From a virus (taxonomy: Duplodnaviria; Caudoviricetes), in IMG/VR virus record IMGVR_UViG_3300033406_000030, positions 1-31,952 of that record: a DNA stretch of 31,952 nt; one strand, given 5' to 3'. This document shows, piece after piece, positions 24,663 through 31,952 of this stretch (within the stretch, counting starts at the first letter, position 1; each line of letters begins with the position of its first letter). The position numbers and the translations under genes are program-made. A model generated the notes under the pieces. The model was given only the letters and a program-made list of their open reading frames with translations, was not told the DNA's origin and searched no databases.

Positions 24663-25707
24663 TCCAGCCCCTCCCGAAGTTGAAACTATCAACGTAACCC
24701 CTGCCAGCTATATTTACGTAGGAAAAAACGGCAATGACGCTTCGGGTGATGGGAGTGCAGGAAAGCCATATCTGACGGTTTCGAAGGCTATTTCAATGGC
24801 AAGTGCCGGAACAACGATCTTTATTTGGCCAGGAACTTATACGGAGTCGTTAACTTTAAAGCCCGGAGTCAACCTCACTTCTTCCGCTCAATATAGCGTA
24901 TATATTATCGGAAATCATGTCTATGCTCTTGCAGGAACCGTTCTTATTGAAAAAATCGTTTTGCAAAACGCGGCTTCTGCAGCATCGGGAACGACACTTT
25001 CCGTAAGCGGTTCTGCCGCCGTTAACTTGCAACTGTATGGAAGTTTTGTAAATAGTGTATCAACTTCCGGCGATGGTGATGCTGTTAATTGGACGAATAC
25101 AAACGCGTCCAGTAAATTCCAAATCATTGATGGAAACATTTCCGTGCTTCATTCGGGCTCTACGGCAAGAGCTTTTTATAGCACTACCGGGGCAAAAGGC
25201 GGAGTTATTGCAAATCGGGCAACAATACAAGTAAACAATCCAGACAATGTTTGTATTTCCCTTGGTGGAGCAATGACATTTGTTCATACGGCTGATGCAA
25301 TTACTGGGCAGATTGTTATTTCGGACACGGCTTCCGGAATTTTTGCAATGCTTACGGGAACAACCATAGCGCAACCCATAATCACAACAAATTCTTCCGG
25401 TATGTCTGTTTTTATGAACGTAATTGCAAATACAACTGCCTCTCCTGTAGCTGCCGGGGCGGGCGGGTTAACCGTATCCGCATTAATTTATGGGTCAACG
25501 GGAATGGGAGCGGCAACCACGTTGAACGGTGGTGCTGGCCCAATATTTTTGCCAATGGGGCCAATAAGAGTAAGAAACAGCCCTGCCCTATTGCCGGCCG
25601 GTGCTGTTGCCGCCGGATTACTGGATGGAGTAATTGAGGTTTCAGGAACGCATGCTTATATGACCATTGGAACGACTCGATCTATGATCAATTTGACCGC
25701 AACTTAA
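24649..25707 (+). CDS. Pectin-lyase-like beta-helix (DUF1565-type N-terminus) protein
   Basis: YVGKNGNDASGDGSAGKPYLTVSKAI...IFIWPGTYTE; rich in G/S/T/A/N. Confidence 0.72.
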   Translation: MSQFSPAPPEVETINVTPASYIYVGKNGNDASGDGSAGKPYLTVSKAISMASAGTTIFIWPGTYTESLTLKPGVNLTSSAQYSVYIIGNHVYALAGTVLIEKIVLQNAASAASGTTLSVSGSAAVNLQLYGSFVNSVSTSGDGDAVNWTNTNASSKFQIIDGNISVLHSGSTARAFYSTTGAKGGVIANRATIQVNNPDNVCISLGGAMTFVHTADAITGQIVISDTASGIFAMLTGTTIAQPIITTNSSGMSVFMNVIANTTASPVAAGAGGLTVSALIYGSTGMGAATTLNGGAGPIFLPMGPIRVRNSPALLPAGAVAAGLLDGVIEVSGTHAYMTIGTTRSMINLTAT

Positions 25708-25753
25708 CTTTACAAAAATGCCCCTACTGATAATGCCGAAAGAGGTGTGATTT

Positions 25754-25972
25754 ATGGCAGATACGCAAGCCGAAAGGCTCCAAAACTACATTGATGCCGA
25801 AAAAAAGGCCCTTATTAGTCAGGAGTACAGGACCGGCGACGGCAGACAGGTCAGGCGGGCAAATCTTGATCAAATCAGCCAAGGGGTCGATTCGTTGCTT
25901 GCTTCCGGTGCTGACGGTTCAACTCCTGCGGCTGGTAGCAGGTCCAGGCGCGTAATACTTAGGGATTTGTGA
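25754..25972 (+). CDS. Head-completion protein, gpW-like (DUF6148)
   Basis: RLQNYIDAEKKALISQEY...RQVRRANL; precedes the portal. Confidence 0.8.
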   Translation: MADTQAERLQNYIDAEKKALISQEYRTGDGRQVRRANLDQISQGVDSLLASGADGSTPAAGSRSRRVILRDL

Positions 25973-25981
25973 GGTGCGTAA

Positions 25982-27640
25982 ATGAAGAGAAATAAGCAAA
26001 AGGCAAGAATGCCCACACAAGGCAATGCGGCTCCTTCTGGAACGGTAATAACGTCTCGGCAAACAATGCGGGCGCTGAATACTGGTTATGATGGAAGTGG
26101 GGCCAACACTACAAAGGGGAGCATGCGAGGGTATCAGCCTCTTGGCAGTAGCCCGCAAAGTGATATTGATGTAAATCTTCCGCTTTTACGTAGTCGTTCG
26201 CGAGACGCATATATGTGTTCTCCCATTGCGACTAGCGCAATTCTTACGTCAAGAACCAATGTAATTGGTGCTGGCTTAAAATTGCGATCCAGAATCAATG
26301 CAAAAATTCTTGGCATGACTCCGGACGAGGCGAAAGAGTGGCAGAAGCACACAGAAAGCGAATTTGATGTATGGGCCGGAAGTAAGTTTTGCGACCTGCT
26401 GAAAAAAAATAACTTCTACGACATGCAGGACATCGTTTATCTGGGTTATTTGCTTAACGGCGATGGATGGGCGGCCTTCAAGTACCGTTCTCAGCTTCCG
26501 GGAATGCCGTATTCGTTAAGGCTTCAATTATTTGAAGCGGATAGGGTAAGTAATCCGGACGCGGCCACAATGGGAAGTGTATATCCATTGTCAGTATGGG
26601 CAAATAATCCTGAAAACGGAAACCGAATCGTCAGCGGGGTTGAAATTGATTCTGATGGTGCCGTAGTTGCCTATTGGATATCAAATAAACATCCCTACGA
26701 CCCAACAAATATGTCCAGCGTGCCAAAATGGACAAGAGTTGAAGCCTTTGGTAAAAACACCGGGTTTCCAAACATATTACAGGTTTGCCACGACGAACGC
26801 CCTGAATCATATCGGGGCGTTCCTTATTTGGCCCCGGTAATTGAAGCACTGAAGCAAGTAACGCGTTATACGGACGCGGAACTAACAGCGGCAGTAATCA
26901 AGGCATTTTTTACACTGTTTTTTACTCAAACGCAAGAAACTGCCCCACAACCCATGTTCCCTGCCAACGAGACGGTCGGAGCCAATGACAAGGTTTCCAT
27001 AGATGCCAGTGATTTTGAGCTGGGCGCCGGCAGCATGAATGTGCTTCCTCCGGGATATAAAGTTGAACAGGTTGACGCATCGCGAACATTATCAACATTT
27101 GACACGTTTACCGGAGCTGTTGTTAAACAAATTGCAGCGGCATTAGAACAACCGTATGAGGTTCTCATGAAAGCCTTTACCTCAAGTTATTCGGCTTCTC
27201 GCGCAGCCATGGTTCAGGCGTGGTCAGCCTTTAAAATGCGGCGAGTCTGGTTTGTTCGTGATTTTTGCGACCCGTCATATACAAGATGGTTAACCGAAGC
27301 GGTAGCCATCGGAAGAATACAGGCCCCCGGATTTTTTGACGATCCAATAATCCAGAACGCATGGTGCGGTTCAGAATGGTACGGTCCGGTAATGGGCGTA
27401 ATTGACCCAGTTAAAGAAGCGACTGGAGCAGCACTACGAATTCAGTACGGACTTTCCACCGGCGAAAAAGAAGCTGCAGAAATGACGGGGACCGACTTCG
27501 ATTCCAATATTACGCAACGCGCCTTGGAACTAAAAGCAATTAAAGAAACAGGGTATGCGTTTTCACCCATAACGACCATTCAAATCAACGAGAAAGGAGG
27601 GGATGACCCAAATGAACAAGTTTTGGCAAATAGTAAATAA
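25982..27640 (+). CDS. Portal protein, lambda gpB family
   Basis: LRSRSRD, EADRV, GVEID, RGVP, SSYSASRA, IDPVKE. Confidence 0.95.
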   Translation: MKRNKQKARMPTQGNAAPSGTVITSRQTMRALNTGYDGSGANTTKGSMRGYQPLGSSPQSDIDVNLPLLRSRSRDAYMCSPIATSAILTSRTNVIGAGLKLRSRINAKILGMTPDEAKEWQKHTESEFDVWAGSKFCDLLKKNNFYDMQDIVYLGYLLNGDGWAAFKYRSQLPGMPYSLRLQLFEADRVSNPDAATMGSVYPLSVWANNPENGNRIVSGVEIDSDGAVVAYWISNKHPYDPTNMSSVPKWTRVEAFGKNTGFPNILQVCHDERPESYRGVPYLAPVIEALKQVTRYTDAELTAAVIKAFFTLFFTQTQETAPQPMFPANETVGANDKVSIDASDFELGAGSMNVLPPGYKVEQVDASRTLSTFDTFTGAVVKQIAAALEQPYEVLMKAFTSSYSASRAAMVQAWSAFKMRRVWFVRDFCDPSYTRWLTEAVAIGRIQAPGFFDDPIIQNAWCGSEWYGPVMGVIDPVKEATGAALRIQYGLSTGEKEAAEMTGTDFDSNITQRALELKAIKETGYAFSPITTIQINEKGGDDPNEQVLANSK

Positions 27641-28835
27641 AACCGGGGATGATGACGCAGAGATTTTGTTGTATGGAGACATTGCGTCAGAAAAACCATG
27701 GTGGAGCGAAGGCGACACGACAACCCCGAAAGAATTTGCAGAAGACCTCGCAAGTCTTGGCGGCAGGCCGGTTACGGTGAGAATAAATTCAATGGGCGGA
27801 GATGTATTTGCCGCTCACGCAATTTATAACCAATTGCGGACGTACTCAGGGAAAGTAACCGTGCTGATTGACAGCATTGCAGCCAGCGCCGCAAGCATTG
27901 TTGCCATGGCTGGAAACCCGGTTATTATGCCGAGCAATACCATGATGATGATTCACAATCCGATGCTGGAACTGTGGGGATATTACAATACTGACGACCT
28001 TGCAAAGATGTCGGCGGCGCTCGACGGAATCAAGGAATCAATTGTCAGCGCATATATGTCAAAAGCAAACTTGGCCCGAGATAAAGTCAGCAAAATGATG
28101 GATGAATCAACGTGGATGACTGCAGATAAGGCAAAAGAACACGGCCTATGCGACGAAGTTCAAGATATTGGCAAGGCGCTGAACGCTGTGATCAACGGGA
28201 ATTTTATGGTTATTAATTCAGTAAAACATGATCTTTCAAGGGTCAAAAACGCAGAACAACTTAAACAAATGGTAGAGGCGTCAAATAAAGGTCCGGACGC
28301 CGATTCCAATCCCAAAAATCAGAAATTCTCTTTTGGGGAAATTGTAGCCGCAGCCATTCAATCGCTGACGCCACAAAACAAAAAAGATGACAAGGAGGAT
28401 AAAGAATTGGACATCAAAACAATCGACGACCTGAAAAAAGCATACCCCGAAATGGTAAACCAAATCGCAAGTGATGCTGTCACTAATGCCGCTGCAAAAG
28501 ACAAAGAACGGGTTGATGCACTGAATGCGCTTGCAGTCGAGGGGAACCAACAGATTTCCCAACTGATCGAAAAGGCGAAAAACTCTGGCAAAACTGCAGC
28601 CGATATTCAGGACGCGGTTGACATCATGAAACAACATCCTGCAGCTCCGGCAAAATCAACAAACAAGGGTGAAGATATACTCGCGCAGGCAATCAAAGAT
28701 TCGATCGCTTCCGGCGTAAATGGCGTTACTGCGGAAGGAGTTCAAGGACAGGGGGAAGCGCAAGAAGCACTGGCAGCCATTAACATGATGGCCGGTATTC
28801 TGGATGGAAAAAATAAGAACGGAGGTAAGAAATAA
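27603..28835 (+). CDS. ClpP-type prohead protease with C-terminal scaffold
   Basis: INSMGGDV, AASAAS, MIHNP, STWMTA; helical C-terminus. Confidence 0.92.
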   Translation: MTQMNKFWQIVNKTGDDDAEILLYGDIASEKPWWSEGDTTTPKEFAEDLASLGGRPVTVRINSMGGDVFAAHAIYNQLRTYSGKVTVLIDSIAASAASIVAMAGNPVIMPSNTMMMIHNPMLELWGYYNTDDLAKMSAALDGIKESIVSAYMSKANLARDKVSKMMDESTWMTADKAKEHGLCDEVQDIGKALNAVINGNFMVINSVKHDLSRVKNAEQLKQMVEASNKGPDADSNPKNQKFSFGEIVAAAIQSLTPQNKKDDKEDKELDIKTIDDLKKAYPEMVNQIASDAVTNAAAKDKERVDALNALAVEGNQQISQLIEKAKNSGKTAADIQDAVDIMKQHPAAPAKSTNKGEDILAQAIKDSIASGVNGVTAEGVQGQGEAQEALAAINMMAGILDGKNKNGGKK

Positions 28836-29536
28836 TGGAATTGATTAATGACGTTGCAACAATGACCAACGACGCGCTTGTTGGAAATTCAAAAATACCG
28901 CTGATAACCAAAGTAGGGACTCTGGTTCTTGGCGCAGGAAGCCTTGCACGCGGAACCGTGCTTGGGAAAATCACCATCGGCGCGGCAACTTCTGCGGCAA
29001 AAACTGGTGGAAACACCGGAAACGGTACTTTGACCATGGACGCGACAACCCCGATTTTAGCCGGAGCAAAGCCCGGTGTGTATAAGGTTCGTGTTGTTCG
29101 TGCGGCGATTGCAGCCCCCGGGACTACTCCTGCTGTGGCGGCTCAAAAAGCAATTGTTGAATTCAAAGATCCGGACGGCGAACTGTTGGAAGTGCTTGAT
29201 CTTGCAACAACTCCCGGCAATACCGTAACAAATCAATTGAAGTTTGCCGTGCTTGAGGGCGCCACTCCGTTTGCCGCCGATGACGGATTTGATATCACTG
29301 TTGCGGCTGGATCCGGAAGTTACAAAACCGTAAACAGTGCAAATCTTGACGGCAGCGCTGTTGCCGAATGCATTCTTGCGGAAGCTGCCGACGCTACTTC
29401 TGCGGCTGTAGCGGCAGTGATGTATGAAACCGGTGCCTTCAATGCAAGCGCGTTGGTGTTTGGTGGCAGCGATACCTACGCAACCCACAAGGCAGCACTT
29501 AAAGCGGCAGGAATATTCCTGACCGACGAACAATAA
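28835..29536 (+). CDS. Head decoration protein (gpD-like) with an inserted domain
   Basis: LARGTVLG ... DGS..AECILAE...GAFNASALVF...LKAAGIFL; lies between protease and capsid. Confidence 0.85.
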   Translation: MELINDVATMTNDALVGNSKIPLITKVGTLVLGAGSLARGTVLGKITIGAATSAAKTGGNTGNGTLTMDATTPILAGAKPGVYKVRVVRAAIAAPGTTPAVAAQKAIVEFKDPDGELLEVLDLATTPGNTVTNQLKFAVLEGATPFAADDGFDITVAAGSGSYKTVNSANLDGSAVAECILAEAADATSAAVAAVMYETGAFNASALVFGGSDTYATHKAALKAAGIFLTDEQ

Positions 29537-29551
29537 GGGAGGACTTGAATA

Positions 29552-30598
29552 ATGTCGATTAATCTTAACGATACCCGGATAATGTTGGCGGCTCTTGAAC
29601 AGAGCTATCCCCCGCAGACTCTTTTGAGGGATACATTCTTCCCCAACATGGTAACAAGTGCATCTGAACTGATCGATATTGAGTACAAAAAGGGCGGGCG
29701 TAGGCTCGCTCCTTTCATTTCCAGTGGCGGCGGCGTAAATGTTGAGCGAACTGGCAGTGAAGTCAAATCCTATAAACCGCCGATGATGGCCCCGAAACGA
29801 CCGACAACCGTTCAAAACATCAATCAGCGTGCATTTGGTGAACCGGTGTATAGTTCGGTATCGCCTGAACAACGGGCGGCGTTCTTGCGGGCAACAGACC
29901 TGAAAGAACTGCGTGAAATGTGCACTCGCCGGATGGAATGGATGTGTGCCCAACTGCTGGTATTCGGAACGTTTAACGTTGTTGGGTACAGTGATGATGG
30001 GAAAACATCAAAAACCGATACCGTAACGCTGGACTGGACGCAAAAGGATACCCTGACCGACACTGATACGTGGGACCATGCTGCTGCCGACATCTACGGT
30101 AATTTGCAAGATGCATCGCAAACCGTATCTCGTAATTCCGGCAGCACTCCTGAGATTGGGATTTGCAGCAACAAGACAGGCCGGTATTTGCTGGACAATA
30201 CAGCGATTAAGGATTGGTTGCTACGGCCTAGAGAAAATATTTCTCTCATGAGCATCGCCCCGCGAATTGTTCAGCCGGGAATAACCAGAATCGGAATTAT
30301 TGAAAGCATAAATCTTGAAATTTATGCTTACGATGGAATTTATGTCGATGATTCTGGCGCAACTCAACAGTTTATCCCCGATGATTATTTCATTATGGGT
30401 GTTCCTGGACGCGGGCGACAAATGTTTGGCGCCGTTACCCAACTTGAACAAGATCAAGTTTGGCGTTCGTACCAAGGAGCATACGTTCCGAAGGTGTGGG
30501 GAGATGTCGGAAGCGACGTTCAGGAAGTTCGCGTTGCCAGTCGCGGAATTCCGGTTCCTGAATTTATCGACGACTGGTACACCCTGAAAGTGAAGTAG
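29552..30598 (+). CDS. Major capsid protein, lambda gpE family
   Basis: LRDTFFP, LAPF, RRMEWMCAQ, SRGIPVP. Confidence 0.93.
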   Translation: MSINLNDTRIMLAALEQSYPPQTLLRDTFFPNMVTSASELIDIEYKKGGRRLAPFISSGGGVNVERTGSEVKSYKPPMMAPKRPTTVQNINQRAFGEPVYSSVSPEQRAAFLRATDLKELREMCTRRMEWMCAQLLVFGTFNVVGYSDDGKTSKTDTVTLDWTQKDTLTDTDTWDHAAADIYGNLQDASQTVSRNSGSTPEIGICSNKTGRYLLDNTAIKDWLLRPRENISLMSIAPRIVQPGITRIGIIESINLEIYAYDGIYVDDSGATQQFIPDDYFIMGVPGRGRQMFGAVTQLEQDQVWRSYQGAYVPKVWGDVGSDVQEVRVASRGIPVPEFIDDWYTLKVK

Positions 30599-30607
30599 GA
30601 GGACATT

Positions 30608-30883
30608 ATGGCTAAAATAATCGAAACCAAAGACGTACAGGTCAATCGGTTCCGCGTCAAATATGGCGGCGAGTATTACGGTCCCGGACAAGAAGCTGGA
30701 ACCATCATCTACGATCTTCCTGCTGAAATGGCTGACAAGCTGATCGAGGAAAGCAACGGCACTATCATTGAAATTCCGAAGCGCGAAGACGTTGCCGCTA
30801 AATCAGGGAAGAAAGGAACTGCTGCCAAGGAAGTAGAATCCGGCCTTGATGCAGTGGACCCTGCAGGAACCGTAAAAAAATAA
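30608..30883 (+). CDS. Hypothetical protein (gpFI position)
   Basis: AGGAGG RBS; follows the capsid gene. Confidence 0.65.
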   Translation: MAKIIETKDVQVNRFRVKYGGEYYGPGQEAGTIIYDLPAEMADKLIEESNGTIIEIPKREDVAAKSGKKGTAAKEVESGLDAVDPAGTVKK

Positions 30884-30900
30884 ATGGTTGATTTTAGTGG

Positions 30901-30930
30901 AACGGGAGGCCTTTTAGGTCTCCCGTTTTT
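30901..30930 (+). terminator. Rho-independent terminator
   Basis: AACGGGAGGCC-tttta-GGTCTCCCGTT-TTT. Confidence 0.8.
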
Positions 30931-30938
30931 CGTGGAGT

Positions 30939-31277
30939 GTGATGTCTGTGAACGAGCGGGAACTTATGGCGGCTGATTTACAAGATATTTTCCTTGCTGA
31001 AGGTGGTCCGGGAGAATCGGCTACTTACAACGGAACTACAATTATGGTTCTGCCGGAAATTGGGCAGACGTTGCAGTCTGGAAACAACGTTAATTCTGAG
31101 GGTTCATCCGATCGCGCAGTTTTTGGGGTGGCAGTAACTGACGTTTCCCTGCCGGCCGCAAATGACAAAATCGTACATAGCGGTAAAACGTGGACCGTAG
31201 CAAGGATATTATCAACAGATTCGGCGATGCACAGGGTTGAATGCTCCGCCAACTTTAGCCCATACCGAAGAGGGTGA
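30939..31277 (+). CDS. Head-tail joining protein (gpFII-like)
   Basis: Position and size; ATYNG...P..NDKI...GKTWTV. Confidence 0.65.
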   Translation: MMSVNERELMAADLQDIFLAEGGPGESATYNGTTIMVLPEIGQTLQSGNNVNSEGSSDRAVFGVAVTDVSLPAANDKIVHSGKTWTVARILSTDSAMHRVECSANFSPYRRG

Positions 31278-31281
31278 TTTC

Positions 31282-31881
31282 ATGGCTTACGAAATGAAAA
31301 TGGATGTCGTCGATAATGTAACCCCTTGGCTTGATTGGGCGATTGCGCATAAGCCGGAATGGAACCGAAAGGCGACAAAATCCACTCTATGGTATGCACA
31401 ACAGGAGATTAAAAAGGGCATCCGTAGTGGAGCTCCGGGAGGAAGCACTTACCTTGAGCGAATGAGCGCGGCAAGGCGGCATGATATTAAAGACACCAGC
31501 AAACGTGGCGGGAGCAAAAAACGCAGACGCGCTGGAATACTTGGGAATCTGCTCAACGCCGTTGGATATCAGTATAAATCGACAATGGGCGCAGTCGGTT
31601 GGCTGTCGAATTCAGCGGTTCGCCTCGGGACATGGCATGAAAACAGTGTGCTGCAAACAATTACTCCAAAAATGCGGAGATTATTTTTTGCAGCGGGTAT
31701 TGGACTGAAAGCGTCGACAACGCAAATAAGTCTGCCGCGACGCCCGACCTATTCGCCGATGTTCCCCGTATTGCTGAAAATATTACCGACATATTTTGAA
31801 AACAAATTTATGTCCTATCTTGCCAATGGAGGCCCGCCTGTGAAACAGATCGGATCCGGAAGAACATATATCGTGCACTAA
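31282..31881 (+). CDS. Basic neck/tail-completion protein (gpZ-like position)
   Basis: K/R-rich; ITPKMRR...LPRRP. Confidence 0.55.
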   Translation: MAYEMKMDVVDNVTPWLDWAIAHKPEWNRKATKSTLWYAQQEIKKGIRSGAPGGSTYLERMSAARRHDIKDTSKRGGSKKRRRAGILGNLLNAVGYQYKSTMGAVGWLSNSAVRLGTWHENSVLQTITPKMRRLFFAAGIGLKASTTQISLPRRPTYSPMFPVLLKILPTYFENKFMSYLANGGPPVKQIGSGRTYIVH

Positions 31882-31893
31882 GGACGTGATAAG

Positions 31894-31952
31894 GTGCCAG
31901 CGGTACAAACCATTGAAATAAGCGACTTCATAAAGAAATTTCGCGATCTCAT
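31894..31952 (+). CDS. Partial CDS (next tail-region gene)
   Basis: GTG start, open to the window end. Confidence 0.4.
   Translation, partial: MPAVQTIEISDFIKKFRDL

Larger units (their letters stand above)
121..31952. mobile_element. Prophage (lambda-like head module, serine integrase); left junction at about 121-140, continues past the right end
   Basis: Canonical order of integrase, cI/cro, recombination, replication, late activator, terminase, portal, protease, capsid and head-tail genes. Confidence 0.95.

Noticed and set aside
29057-29953. 298-aa minus-strand ORF and other antisense ORFs in the track
   Set aside because: They shadow well-supported plus-strand genes and have no recognisable motifs.

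Overview
The left ~32 kb of a temperate, lambda-like (probably siphovirus) prophage. The host is probably a Bacillota/Firmicute, judged from AGGAGG RBSs, TGnTATAAT promoters and Firmicute-type early genes. Gene order: large serine integrase; cI/cro switch with CACTT-N3-AAGTG operators; early microproteins and a stand-alone acyl carrier protein; Rad50/SMC-like ATPase, RecT and MBL-fold nuclease; DNA methyltransferases; initiator with iterons; accessory genes (ASCH, NDT-like, DUF5131); Arc-like regulator; late activator; lambda-like cos; terminase; portal; ClpP protease; decoration protein; major capsid; head-tail genes. The most notable points are: (1) the prophage appears to have inserted into a P4/D5-family primase-helicase gene of another mobile element, with the integrase C-terminus crossing the junction; (2) a phage-encoded ACP whose RBS is overlapped by a divergent sRNA promoter; (3) a two-chain C5 methyltransferase encoded in overlapping frames; (4) a cosQ-cosN arrangement with lambda's spacing. 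All family calls come from motif recognition; no database searches were run.
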